A stretch of 64,000 nucleotides of DNA, from positions 8,303 through 72,302 of the forward strand of contig CBDFLD010000011.1 in assembly GCA_965249005.1 (NCBI GenBank), in the 5' to 3' direction. This document shows positions 37,017-47,510 of the stretch, one piece after another. Origin of the DNA: Acidobacteriota bacterium (GTDB lineage Bacteria; Acidobacteriota; UBA6911). Under the pieces are notes generated by a model. It was not told where the DNA came from and searched no databases. It saw only the letters and a list, made by a program, of their open reading frames with translations. The stretch's first letter is position 1. Each line of letters begins with the position of its first letter. The position numbers were made by a program, and so were the translations under genes.

Positions 37017-38428
37017 TCAGCGCTGGGACATCCGTTTTAGCTTTTCGATCAACGCCTGCCGGCTGATCCCCAAATTTCGCGCCATCCGGGACTTGTTGTT
37101 TTTGAACTGGCGCATGGCGTTGCCGATCATTTCCTCTTCCAATCGTTGGATTGCAACTTTCATGTTACCGTCCGGCCCCCTCGGCGACCCGGCAAGCTGG
37201 CGAATGTGGTCCGAAAGCAATTCTGGTCCGAGGGGCTTTCCCGGTTCGGCCAGCAGGACCATGCGCTCGATCTCGTTTTGCAGCTCTCGCACGTTGCCAG
37301 GCCAGGCGTAGGATTCCATAAAGCCTTGGGTCTTCTCTAGTAAGGGACCAACTCTTCGGTTCAACTTCGAACAAAACTGTGAGAGAAAGAACTCGGCCAG
37401 CGGAGCAATATCTCCTGTACGCTCGCGCAGCGGGGGAATCGTGAGTGAAAAGACATTGATGCGAAAAAAGAGATCTTGTCGAAAGCGTCCGGCTTCAACT
37501 TCGGCTTTCAGGTCCCGGTTCGTTGAGGCGAGAATCCGCACGTCGACCTGCCTGGGTTGATGATAGCCGAGCGGCATGATTTCACTTTCCTGAATCACCC
37601 GCAAGAGCTTGACCTGAAGCTCGGCCGGCGCCTCTCCGATCTCATCCAGGAATATCGTGCCCCCATGTGCCATTTCGAAAAATCCCTTTTTTCCTGCATG
37701 GCGCCCGTGAACGCACCCTTCGCGTGTCCGAAGAACTCACTTTCAACAAGGTCGCGGGGAATGGCTCCGCAGTTCACCGGGATGAAGATCTGACCTGGAC
37801 GATTGCTATCATCGTGGATATAGCGGGCGATCAGTTCCTTTCCCGTTCCGGTCTCCCCTTGAATGAGGACGGTGGTCTCAGTCGCCTTGACCCGGTCCAA
37901 GAGCCGCAAGATGTTCTCCATCTCCGGGCTGCCGTAGACGATGTTTCTGGGCCGGACTTCCTTTTCGACTTCCCGCCGCAGAATGATATTCTCGGTCAGC
38001 AGGCGGTCATGCGCCTGCTTTAGCTCCGCGGCCAACCGCTCGTTCTCGCGCTGCAGTTCCTTCTTCTCGAGGGCCTCCCGCACCGCCATCCGCAGATCCT
38101 CGGGCTCCCACGGCTTGGTGATGTACTTGTGCACCTTGCCCATATTGATTGCAGCAATCAGGTCGTCGACCTCCGTAAATCCTGTGAGCACGATCCGGAC
38201 CAGATTGGGATACTCCCTCTGCGACAGCTCCAGGAACTCGATCCCGGTCATATTGGGCATCTTCTGATCCGTGATGATGACATCAACGGTGGTGCGCTTC
38301 AGGATATCGAGCGCTTCCTCGCCCGATTGAGCCGTAGACACTTCGTAGTGGTCCACGAAAGTCCTCTGTAGCTTCTGCAGGTTAGCCATCTCATCGTCGA
38401 CCAGCAGGAGTTGGTATTGCTTCGTCAT
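37017..38428 (-). pseudogene. Sigma-54-dependent response regulator (REC + AAA+ + HTH) interrupted by a 1-nt frameshift in an A6 run
   Basis: ORF 37595-38428 carries REC and AAA+ up to [14 protein letters not shown]. ORF 37017-37673 continues [16 protein letters not shown]...HTH in another frame. One extra A in the run at 37687-37692 (T6 on plus) restores [29 protein letters not shown]. Confidence 0.85.
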
Positions 38429-40566
38429 TTGCCGGGTCCTTCCTGGACGACGGGTAGCCGAACCGTGAAGACACTCCCTTTCTCGGCTGTGCTGTTCACA
38501 TGAATCTTACCCTGATGCTGCTCGATGATCCCGTAGCTGATACTCAATCCGAGCCCGGTCCCGTGTCCTACAGGCTTGGTGGTAAAGAAGGGCTCGAAGA
38601 TACGCCTGAGGCTCTCCTTCTGAATTCCGCTGCCACTGTCTTCGATTTCAATCTCTACCGTGCCGTTCGCCGATCGAGTTCGAATCCAGACTTCGCCGTT
38701 TCCCTCGATCGCTTGAAAAGCGTTCAAGAGCAGATTCATGAACACTTGGCCCAGCTTTCCCGAATATCCTTGAATCGGGGGAATGGCCCCATAGTTCCGA
38801 TGAACCTCAATACGATTCTTGTATTGATTCCGCAGCAAGTTGAGGGACATGTCCAGGGATGCGTGCAGATCTATATCCGTCAGAGCATCAGCATCCATTC
38901 GAGAAAAAGTCCGCAGATCGGACACGATCGTGTTGATGCGTTCCGCACCTTCCGTAAAGTTGTCGATCAAGGTTGCGAGGTCTTCGCGAATGAAATCATA
39001 GTTCGCCCGTTCCTTCATCCCATCCAGCCGAGCTTTGTCTTCCGCCGATAGGCTGGGCAAAGAGTCAAACGCCTCGACCAGCGACTGCAGCTTCTGGCTG
39101 TAGTCGGCCAAGAAACCAGTATTCCCATAGATGAAGTTCAGGGGGTTCTTTATTTCGTGCGCAATTCCGGCTACCAACTGCCCCAGAGAAGCCATCTTTT
39201 CCGACTGCACCAACTGATCCTGCGTACTTTGAAGTTCGAGATATGCTTTCTTGAGCGCATCGTGGGATTCTTCCAGCTCCCGGGTGCGTACGCCCACCAT
39301 TTGTTCCAGGTTCTTGTTCAGCACCTGGAGCTGCTGCTCCCGTTCAGACAGAGACCGCGCCATGTCGTTGAAGGTGGATCCCAGAATCCCTACTTCATCG
39401 GAAGTGCTGATTCGAACTCGCTCCCGGAGATTCCCCTGGGCAATTGTACGGGCCGTTCGAATGAGATTGTTCAGCGGCACCGTGATTCCTTGTGCAATCG
39501 CGTAAGTGAACACGCTCACCAGACAGGCGGTCAACAAGGTTACGGCGATGAGCCACCATTTCATGTTCTCGATCGGCTTGAAAATATCTTCCGCATCGAT
39601 TCCAACCCCTACAATCCAGCCGAAACTGTCTTCGATAGGATGCAACCCGGACATTTTCGCGTTCCCCGCCGGAAAGTCATAGGCAAGGCTCGATTCACCG
39701 GCCAGAATCGCGTTGTGCAGACTTGTCAGACCGTGATCTTCGACGAGTTTACTTTGGTAGAGGTCCTGCCCGTCGTCTTCCAAAAAGGGGACATCCCCCG
39801 GGTAGCCGCGATTGGCTCGATACTTATGGGCGATGATTGTATTGGCATCTTTGCCAAACATGAAAGCGTACCCCGTGCGGAGGTCGAGCTCCCGCAAATC
39901 GGCTTCCACGCGGTCCAGGATATTCTGGAAATAGACCCAATTGACAACGGAGATCCAGACCCCCACGATTTCCATTGTTTCCGGGTTCCTCACCGGCTCC
40001 GAATAGGCTACATTGAATTGGTGACTGCGATCCTGCTGCTCGTAGTCGTAGAGAGTTGCAACGATGCTCGACTGGTACCAGTCGCTTTGAGAAGAGTGGC
40101 CTTTGATGGAATGATCAAACAGGCTGCGTTCCACACCGAATTCGGAGAGATCCGCGCCGAGCGTTGCGGATATGGTCTCCGCTGAAAACGGCGCGCCCAA
40201 GCGATCCATGTTGTTGATCGCAACGATCCTCCCCTTGGGGTCTCCGATGAGCAGCACGTCGTAGACTTCGTGGTCAAAACAATAGTTATTCAGCAGTCGG
40301 GTCATTCCCTGGCGGTTCCGCTCGGAAACAACCGGGTAGAAGAGCGAGAAAGTCGTGGCCATGGAATGAACCTCTTCTCTCTGCTCTCCCAGGACAAGAT
40401 CGATCTTGTCGGAGGTATCCTGCGCCATCTTCTCGAGCGACAGCTTGATCCGGTCTTCGGTAATCTGCTTACTCCCAATAAAATAGGAGAAAACGGAGAT
40501 CCCCACCAGCGGAATCAAGGAAAGGCTCATGGTCAAGGCGAACAGCTTCTCTTTCAGACTTCTCAT
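38425..40566 (-). CDS. Sensor histidine kinase (periplasmic Cache-like domain, HAMP, HisKA, HATPase_c)
   Basis: N-terminal TM, ~300-aa extracytoplasmic domain, second TM, HAMP, H-box AHEIKNPLNFIYGNTGFL, and G-box GHGTGLGLSISYGII. Its stop overlaps the RR start (ATGA). Confidence 0.9.
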   Translation of the reverse strand: MRSLKEKLFALTMSLSLIPLVGISVFSYFIGSKQITEDRIKLSLEKMAQDTSDKIDLVLGEQREEVHSMATTFSLFYPVVSERNRQGMTRLLNNYCFDHEVYDVLLIGDPKGRIVAINNMDRLGAPFSAETISATLGADLSEFGVERSLFDHSIKGHSSQSDWYQSSIVATLYDYEQQDRSHQFNVAYSEPVRNPETMEIVGVWISVVNWVYFQNILDRVEADLRELDLRTGYAFMFGKDANTIIAHKYRANRGYPGDVPFLEDDGQDLYQSKLVEDHGLTSLHNAILAGESSLAYDFPAGNAKMSGLHPIEDSFGWIVGVGIDAEDIFKPIENMKWWLIAVTLLTACLVSVFTYAIAQGITVPLNNLIRTARTIAQGNLRERVRISTSDEVGILGSTFNDMARSLSEREQQLQVLNKNLEQMVGVRTRELEESHDALKKAYLELQSTQDQLVQSEKMASLGQLVAGIAHEIKNPLNFIYGNTGFLADYSQKLQSLVEAFDSLPSLSAEDKARLDGMKERANYDFIREDLATLIDNFTEGAERINTIVSDLRTFSRMDADALTDIDLHASLDMSLNLLRNQYKNRIEVHRNYGAIPPIQGYSGKLGQVFMNLLLNAFQAIEGNGEVWIRTRSANGTVEIEIEDSGSGIQKESLRRIFEPFFTTKPVGHGTGLGLSISYGIIEQHQGKIHVNSTAEKGSVFTVRLPVVQEGPGK

Positions 40567-41008
40567 CTGAACTCGCCTCGCTGGACTGCAATGGGCTTCT
40601 CCCCGATCAGCAAGCGACCACCACCGTGGTTGCAGACCGGACCAGGCTGAGCTCGACCCTGTTTTGATGGTTTCTTGGACATTTGCACTCTTTGACTGTC
40701 AAATCGCTTTACATTCTTGTTCATCCAATTGGTTGTCGCAAGAACAACTTTCGTGACGAACCACCCCACCCCAATCCCTAGGGACCCTATAGGCTAGCCC
40801 TCCTTTCTCCCCAGTTTAGGCAAGAGGGAAAAATTTAATTAAGCGCGCAATCGAGCGGCGTCGATAAATTAGATGCATATAGCCCAAACGATGTGTCTGA
40901 GAGACTTCTCGAAGAAACGAAAAAAAGAGGTGCTTGCCTATCTTTAGAACGCGTCCCCTCCCTCGCTAAACAGCGCTTCTCTACGAAAGAAGAAAGGTTG
41001 AATCCCAA

Positions 41009-41707
41009 ATGAAAAGAATCGTCCATTTTGTCTTACCGCTAGCTATCGTGATGTTTTTTGCAATCCCCGCGACCGCCCAGCACCAGTACCGGTTGGAGTT
41101 CTTTGGCGCAGGCAATTTTGCCATGGACAAGGACTTCGAGATCACTTTTCCGCAGTCCACCGTGGCCATGACGGGAAACCACGACTTTCTACCCGGAGCG
41201 GCGGGCGGCGTCCGATTGGGAGTCGACGGAACCGGGCACTGGGGCCAGGACCTCAGTTACAGCTTCGGAAACAACGCCAGCCGGATCATCAACGAGACCA
41301 ACGGCGCGACCTTCGCGTTTACCAATCGAATCCATCAAATCTCCTATAACGCGCTCTGGTATCCGACGGGGCTAGGGGATCGAAAGTGGACACCATTTCT
41401 GACCGCCGGCTTTGGCGCCACGCTGTACCGTCTAGGCCCACAAGCAATCAATGAGGCGTTGGATCCCAATCAGGCAGGGCTCGGCCGAGTACAAAGCGAC
41501 AACATATTCGCTTTCAACGCTGGTGCGGGCGTTCAATTCCGGATCAACAAGGTCTATGGGTTTCGAGTCGATTTTCGCGACTTTATGACGCGAGCCGTTC
41601 GATACGGGCTGCCCAATCAATCAGAGGACCCCAACGCTACGGTGTTCCCGGTATCGGGAATCTTTCATCAATTTCAGATCTCTTTCGCCTTTGTCTATTA
41701 TTTCTGA
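41009..41707 (+). CDS. Outer-membrane beta-barrel protein (OMP_b-brl-like)
   Basis: Signal peptide MKRIVHFVLPLAIVMFFAIPATAQ, alternating beta-strand pattern, C-terminus ...FQISFAFVYYF ending in an aromatic residue. Confidence 0.75.
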   Translation: MKRIVHFVLPLAIVMFFAIPATAQHQYRLEFFGAGNFAMDKDFEITFPQSTVAMTGNHDFLPGAAGGVRLGVDGTGHWGQDLSYSFGNNASRIINETNGATFAFTNRIHQISYNALWYPTGLGDRKWTPFLTAGFGATLYRLGPQAINEALDPNQAGLGRVQSDNIFAFNAGAGVQFRINKVYGFRVDFRDFMTRAVRYGLPNQSEDPNATVFPVSGIFHQFQISFAFVYYF

Positions 41708-41791
41708 CACCGGCAGAAAGAATCTCCCGGGTTGTGATCTCGGACACTGTCCGCTCGCCACCTATGCTTTAGGATTTTGCAGAGGCAACGC

Positions 41792-44700
41792 ATGGCCACC
41801 AATCGACTAAATGGAAAGCGCGTGTTCGCTTCCCTGTTCTATTCCGTGTTTGTTCGGGTCTCGGCAACCGTGTCGGCAACATCGACGACTCCGATCGCTG
41901 CCGTAATCGCTTGCATCCTGCTCGGTCCCCTCATGGGAGTGGGGGGAGCGGGTTTGGCGCAATCGGGAGACCCGGATGGGACGGAGCTTCACTTTCCCCG
42001 TTTCGTCTCGGCCTCCGTGGAAAACACCAGTGGCGTTGCGATCTTCAATCCGAATTTCTCGCCAGCGATCGCGGACCTCTTCTTGGTCGATACGGCTGGA
42101 AACCTGGTGGCGGACGTGTTTCCGAATCCGCTCACACTCACGGTTCCGGGGCGTGGGCAGATCGCGCGGACAGCGTCGGATCTGTATAGTTTTCCGACCT
42201 TCGACGCGTCTCTGCTGATTATCAGCGCCACGCCCGGCTTGGTTGCCTACTATCAGACCTTTGATCAGCAGGGAACGTTCATGGACGGAGCTGAGCCTCC
42301 CCGAGCAGGGATGGAGATAATCTTTCCCGTCGTTCCCGGGTTTGAGCAAGGCGTCTCGGAAATCAACGTACTCAATCCCAGCCCGCGTTCCACCGGGGTG
42401 GAGTTGAGTCTTTGGGGTTTGGACGGTCAACGACGGGCGCAGTCGAACATCAGCGTGCAGGCTTACGGCAACTATCGAAGCCTCGCCCACGACGCGTTTC
42501 CCGGGGTGGAGGACTTTACCGGAATATCGCACATCACGGCAAAGGGCAAGTCGGCGAATCTCTTCGCACAGGCGCAGCAAATCTCCGGCACAAGTTTGTT
42601 TCTCGGCTTTTCGTCACTGGCGCCGCCGGGCGGATTCGTCGACCTTGCAGCACTCAACGCTGTCAGTCTGACCGAACTATCCAACGGGGGTGTCCTACCC
42701 TACTTTCGAACCGGAGCGACGGATACGTCCTTTGTTTCCGTCGCCAATTCCGACTCTTCCTCCGGTGACGTGACCGTCACCTTCATTGGAAACGATGGCG
42801 CCAACCTGGGTGCGAGCCAGTTTAGTGTTCCGGCAAACGGAGGTTATCGGGCTTCGATCGAATCCTCGCTTGGCGCCCCGGCCAACGGGAGCGACGTCGA
42901 AGGGTGGATTCTCGTACAGGCGTCGGGCCGGATCGCGGCGGCCGTGATCTATGGCAATCGAGAGGCAGCCTCACTGGCCGCTCTGCTAATGCAGCCAGCG
43001 CCGCAGTTTGCCTTTCTCTTCTCTCAGGCTGTCCAAAGTGCAGGAATGTTCACGGAAATTTCGCTGGCAAACCCCAATCCACAAGACGCTTACGTCACCG
43101 TGTACGTCGTCGATCCCCTGGCAGTCACACAGGCGATCGGCCAGGTGATCGTGGGTCCCAACCGGCGGGTTTCGAAAACGCTAATCGAGTTTTTGCCAGA
43201 AGTGTCCTCCCTGAGCGGAGGATACGTCTACCTCAATTCGACGCTGCCCCTATTTGCAACCGCGACACTCGGAACCTCCAGCGGGATGACCCTGGCAAAC
43301 TTCTCTCCGAGCCGTGTGAGTGAGTCCTTCGTACCCGCTTCGCTGGAGACTTTCGCGGTGACGGGAACGATCTTTGTCAACGGTAAGCCGGCGGAGGGAT
43401 TCCAGATTGCTCTCTCGGGACCGACCGCAAGCACTACCAGCAGCCGGGCCGACGGAACCTATGCCTTCAGCGGCTTGGCGTCGGGAAGATACTCGATGGC
43501 GGTGGACCAGTTCGGGTTTCAGTTTGCGCCCAGCGAGGTCAACTTCGACATAAGATTCGCCAGCAGAAGGCAGGATTTCCAGGGATTCACCTCCGATGAC
43601 GCCATCGTGGTGGCTCCCGCATCCATTGCCGTCAACAGCGCCGATACGAAGGTGAGCGTTCACGGCCGGGACTTCAACCAATCGTCGGAAGTGTTTTTGG
43701 GGACGATCCGGCTGGCGACAACTTTCATCGATTCGAACCAGCTCGAGGCAACGGTTCCAGGGTTTGCGCTCTCCTCGCCGGTCCAGTTCGATGTGCGAGT
43801 CGTCACCAACCCTAACGGACCCGATCGCCGGGTCAGCGGTTCGTATGCAGTGGTCGTCTTTAGCGATCGACCTCTGCTATCCGGGGTGATCACGCCCGGC
43901 GACATCGTGCAGGGAAGCGCCGGCGCAACCCTGACGATAAGGGGCATCGGTTTCCTTCAGGGAGCCAGGGTGAAAATCAACGGAAGCTCCGACGGCATCA
44001 ACGTCACTCTGGTGGACGACAGTCAGCTCACGGTCTCCGTCCCGGCAATCTACTTTGTAGAAGGTGGAATCTTCCCGGTAACGGTGGAGAACCCCTGGCC
44101 CGCGAACGTGGAGTCAAACATCCAACTGTTGACCGTCTTCTATCCAGCGCCGGGAATCGAACAGATTTCTCCCGCGTCGGTTCCGGCCAAGCTGGAGCCG
44201 GGCGCAGGTCCACTGTCGGTCGATGTCTTCGGATATGGGTTTCGTCGCGGTGCGGTCGTGTTGTTCAATGGCCAGCCGGTCCCGACCACTTACTGCGAAG
44301 TCGATTCGTTTTGTCTCACGGTCCACCTTACCGCACAGATCCCTGCCGATTCGCTGCGCCAGTCCGGGTTCGGACAGATCAGCGTCAGAAACCCAAATCC
44401 TTCGCTCGCGGCATCCGAGGTGGCGAACCTGCTCATTCAAGGTCTTCAACCGACTATCACATCCGTGCTACCTGGTTCGGCGACCCTGCTGGACAACCCC
44501 TCGCTCTATAGCATGCCAATCATAATCAACGGAACCAACCTAGGTTCTCAGACGGGGGTGAAAGTATACGAGTCCGGGACTCCGCCGCCGACCGGTTTCA
44601 CCCGCGCTGGTGTCTCCGATATCAGCAGCACCCAACTCGTGGTGTCCCTGACGGTCGAATTCCCTGATGATATCGGTGAGTGGATCGTCGAAATCTCGAA

Positions 44701-45031
44701 CCCCCAGCCCGGGGGCGGTCGATCCCAGCCAGTCAGTTTTTTTATCACGCAGGGGAGTTTTGTCGCCAATCCGTTCCTGGTCTCCCTGAGTCCGCAGACT
44801 GTCGCGGCAGCAGGCCCAGCTTTCACCTTGATAGTCAACGGGACGAACTTCAAGGGCGGCGCTCAAATCAATTTCAATACGGCGGCTCTTGCTACGAGCT
44901 TCATCAGCGACCGGCAATTGAGAGCCGAGGTGCCGGCCTCGATGATCCAATCGGTAGGCAGAATCCCGATTAGCGTGACAAACCCCGACAATGGCGGGAC
45001 TTCCAACCGAATCTTTCTGGATATCCGGTGA
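41792..45031 (+). CDS. Giant secreted/surface protein: four N-terminal repeat modules + CarboxypepD_reg-like domain + multiple IPT/TIG-like Ig repeats
   Basis: Hydrophobic signal/anchor PIAAVIACILLGPLMGVGGAGLA. Modules begin at LHFPRFVSAS (nt 41987). VTGTIFVNGKPAEGFQIALSG...DGTYAFSGLASGRYSMAV. Repeated ~85-aa units with ...V.G.GF..G..V.FNG. ATG 41792 is preferred; the ORF track uses TTG 41777. Confidence 0.8.
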   Translation: MATNRLNGKRVFASLFYSVFVRVSATVSATSTTPIAAVIACILLGPLMGVGGAGLAQSGDPDGTELHFPRFVSASVENTSGVAIFNPNFSPAIADLFLVDTAGNLVADVFPNPLTLTVPGRGQIARTASDLYSFPTFDASLLIISATPGLVAYYQTFDQQGTFMDGAEPPRAGMEIIFPVVPGFEQGVSEINVLNPSPRSTGVELSLWGLDGQRRAQSNISVQAYGNYRSLAHDAFPGVEDFTGISHITAKGKSANLFAQAQQISGTSLFLGFSSLAPPGGFVDLAALNAVSLTELSNGGVLPYFRTGATDTSFVSVANSDSSSGDVTVTFIGNDGANLGASQFSVPANGGYRASIESSLGAPANGSDVEGWILVQASGRIAAAVIYGNREAASLAALLMQPAPQFAFLFSQAVQSAGMFTEISLANPNPQDAYVTVYVVDPLAVTQAIGQVIVGPNRRVSKTLIEFLPEVSSLSGGYVYLNSTLPLFATATLGTSSGMTLANFSPSRVSESFVPASLETFAVTGTIFVNGKPAEGFQIALSGPTASTTSSRADGTYAFSGLASGRYSMAVDQFGFQFAPSEVNFDIRFASRRQDFQGFTSDDAIVVAPASIAVNSADTKVSVHGRDFNQSSEVFLGTIRLATTFIDSNQLEATVPGFALSSPVQFDVRVVTNPNGPDRRVSGSYAVVVFSDRPLLSGVITPGDIVQGSAGATLTIRGIGFLQGARVKINGSSDGINVTLVDDSQLTVSVPAIYFVEGGIFPVTVENPWPANVESNIQLLTVFYPAPGIEQISPASVPAKLEPGAGPLSVDVFGYGFRRGAVVLFNGQPVPTTYCEVDSFCLTVHLTAQIPADSLRQSGFGQISVRNPNPSLAASEVANLLIQGLQPTITSVLPGSATLLDNPSLYSMPIIINGTNLGSQTGVKVYESGTPPPTGFTRAGVSDISSTQLVVSLTVEFPDDIGEWIVEISNPQPGGGRSQPVSFFITQGSFVANPFLVSLSPQTVAAAGPAFTLIVNGTNFKGGAQINFNTAALATSFISDRQLRAEVPASMIQSVGRIPISVTNPDNGGTSNRIFLDIR

Positions 45032-47343
45032 AGCGGAGTATTGCTGTGATGTGTAACAGGTTAGTCAGGAGACCGGGGAAGCATAGCCTCTGGTTTGTCG
45101 CGGTCTGGTTGCTCGTACCGTTCACGAGCGCCTATGCCCAGGACGACGAGATCGAACCCAACAACTCCATGGCCCAGGCAAACGGGATTTCGGCGCCCTT
45201 CACGCTTGTTCGAGCCGAAATCGACACGACTTCAGACGTAGATTTTTACCGATTCTCCGTCACAACAGGACAGAAGGTCACCATATGGGTGCAGGCCCGA
45301 TCTATCGACTCGGGTCTCACTCCTCGCTTGTCTTTGTACAACGACAGTGGAGACCTCATTGGTTACAACGATACCGAAATAAACCTGTCCACGCCGGCGT
45401 TGACCCGGGACGAACCGATTCTCTATCTGAAGTTTCCCGTCGGAGGCAACTACTTTGTCTCCGTCTCCAGTCTATCGGCGACGGGAGACTACTCGCTGCT
45501 GCTCGTTCCTCAATTCGACGGTTCCTTTGTGGGGGACGCCAACGAACCCAACGACAGTCAGGCCGCCGCTACTCCCATCTCTCTGCCGCATCAAAGCTAC
45601 GGCGCGAACTTGATCCACTTGGGAGACCTGGACTGGTATGCGTTCCAGGCTGAACAGGGCCAATCGATCAGCATTGACGTGGACGCTTTGCAGAATACGG
45701 CAAATGCTGCCTTCCCGATGATCCTCAGCGCTCGGGTAGGTTTGTTCGACGAGGCCCGGAGTCTCATTCAGTCTGCCGATATCGGACCAGATCCCGACGA
45801 CGGCTTCAGTGATGACCCCGTCTTGACCTTCGAGGTCCCTCGATCCGCCACTTACTTCATTGCGGTGACCACGAATATCGACAGCGACTTCGTCACCGCC
45901 TTCAACAACACCATCTTTCTCCAAGATCCGCTCGTCGGCAGCCGGGAAAACCTCATCGGCTACTACAAGCTGCAGGTTCGTGTTCTTCGGCGCATGCACT
46001 TTGCCCACATCGCCAACGGAGTCTATGGAGACGTTCGCTTCGCAACGAGCCTGATTCTATTGAACTTCAACAACGCCGAAGCCACGGGGTTCATCCGCTT
46101 GGTCAAACAGAACGGCACCCCAATGACGAGTTCGGCTTCGAAGGCCTGCGCTCCAGGACGCGATTGCTACTTCAGTATCCCAGCCAAGGGAGTCTTGATG
46201 GTGGAGACCAATGGCCTTGGCCCCGGGGAATCGGGATACGGAACGATCGTCACGACGAGCCCCCTGGGCGGGAGCGCGGTATTCTCCGAGTATGATGCCG
46301 CCGGAGTCCTGATCACAGAGGCAGGCGTTTCGGCCTCGACGGCCGTGGAGTTTTTTGTTGTTCCTGTGGACGTGACAGGGGACTTCAATACTGCATTGGC
46401 GATTGCCAACGCTCTGCACGACTTTCCGGCGAATCTGTTCATCAAGCTCGTGGACGGCTCGGGCGCCACCGTCGATACCCGAGATGTCATTCTGCAAGGT
46501 GGAGAGCAGACTTCCCTCTTTGTCAGCGGTCCAGGCCAGTTGTTCCCAAACATTCAGAACTTTAGAGGCAGCCTTCAGGTCTATTCGGATGTGCCCGTCG
46601 CCTCGATTGCCTTGCGCAGTTCAAACCGAACCCTGACAACTCTGGCTCCTTCCACGATCAACCTCTCCCCCGAGCCGACACAGCTTTACTTCCCTCATGT
46701 GGTCGTCGGAGGAGACACGAACTTTTATCGCTCTACCATTATCCTGACCAATCCCGGATTCTTTCCTGCGTCCGGAACGATTCGCTTCGTCCGCTCTGAC
46801 GGAACACCGATGATCGTCAACTTCGGATCGAACGCTTTGTCTGTCCACAGCTTCTCGATTACTCCGCAAGGGGTCCTATTCTTGGAATCCCTTTCCACGG
46901 GTTCGCTGGAAAGCGGTTACGCCATCGTAGAATCAGATCGAGGCCTGGGAGGCGTGATTATCTTCTCCCAGTATGACACCGTCACCGGTGCCTTGCTCAC
47001 CGAAGCGGCCGTGCCTCCGTCTCCGAAGTACGACAACTTCTGCATATTCGTACAGTCGCAAGGCGATTACTCGACGGGAATCGCGTTGGCGAACACGAGT
47101 GAGGATAGCACCGACATAGACCTGACTCTACGCTCCTCGAGCGATCCCCTGCCGATCGAGCTCGCCGATCCCTTGGAAGGCGGGGCCCACCGGGCCAAAT
47201 TGATTTCGGGCGAAGGTCAGCTCTTTCCGGAGTTTACCGGTCTGGGCACGCTCGAGATCTCATCCAGTCAGGGGATCCCCGCCGCAACGCTCCGCATCAC
47301 GGCGAAAACGATGACGGTCTTGCCGGTGGTACCCGTGCCGTAG
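45028..47343 (+). CDS. Secreted protein: two PPC (pre-peptidase C-terminal-like) domains + four repeat modules
   Basis: Signal peptide ...LWFVAVWLLVPFTSAYAQ. EPNNSMAQANGI...DVDFYRFSV and EPNDSQAAATPI...DLDWYAFQA. Modules begin at MHFAHIANG (nt 45995) and LYFPHVVVGG (nt 46684). The GTG start overlaps the preceding stop (GTGA). Confidence 0.8.
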   Translation: MKRSIAVMCNRLVRRPGKHSLWFVAVWLLVPFTSAYAQDDEIEPNNSMAQANGISAPFTLVRAEIDTTSDVDFYRFSVTTGQKVTIWVQARSIDSGLTPRLSLYNDSGDLIGYNDTEINLSTPALTRDEPILYLKFPVGGNYFVSVSSLSATGDYSLLLVPQFDGSFVGDANEPNDSQAAATPISLPHQSYGANLIHLGDLDWYAFQAEQGQSISIDVDALQNTANAAFPMILSARVGLFDEARSLIQSADIGPDPDDGFSDDPVLTFEVPRSATYFIAVTTNIDSDFVTAFNNTIFLQDPLVGSRENLIGYYKLQVRVLRRMHFAHIANGVYGDVRFATSLILLNFNNAEATGFIRLVKQNGTPMTSSASKACAPGRDCYFSIPAKGVLMVETNGLGPGESGYGTIVTTSPLGGSAVFSEYDAAGVLITEAGVSASTAVEFFVVPVDVTGDFNTALAIANALHDFPANLFIKLVDGSGATVDTRDVILQGGEQTSLFVSGPGQLFPNIQNFRGSLQVYSDVPVASIALRSSNRTLTTLAPSTINLSPEPTQLYFPHVVVGGDTNFYRSTIILTNPGFFPASGTIRFVRSDGTPMIVNFGSNALSVHSFSITPQGVLFLESLSTGSLESGYAIVESDRGLGGVIIFSQYDTVTGALLTEAAVPPSPKYDNFCIFVQSQGDYSTGIALANTSEDSTDIDLTLRSSSDPLPIELADPLEGGAHRAKLISGEGQLFPEFTGLGTLEISSSQGIPAATLRITAKTMTVLPVVPVP

Positions 47344-47510
47344 GCACGGCCTGCGGGTCGTGCGCTCACCGCTGTCCGCTTCAGGTAGTTTGCCATCCTC
47401 TAAGTGGTACCCACTATCCACCTTCCCAAAGGTGTGATCCCTGGACTGATTCTGGAGACACCACAAGCACTTCTCTGGTGAACCGGAATCGTGCAACTCG
47501 GGGTAACAGG

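Noticed and set aside
38678-38687. GTTCGAATCC, a tRNA T-arm-like string
   Set aside because: It lies inside the histidine kinase coding frame with no flanking acceptor or anticodon stems. No tRNA gene is supported anywhere in the window.
39157-40185. 342-aa plus-strand ORF
   Set aside because: Antisense shadow of the histidine kinase gene. No motifs, and biased composition.
40775-40800. Run of short palindromes (CCCTAGGG, CCTATAGG, GCTAGC) in the kinase/OMP divergent spacer
   Set aside because: The palindromes are only 6-8 bp and resemble restriction-site-like words that can occur by chance. I found no repeat of the motif elsewhere in the window and no sigma-54 promoter in this spacer.
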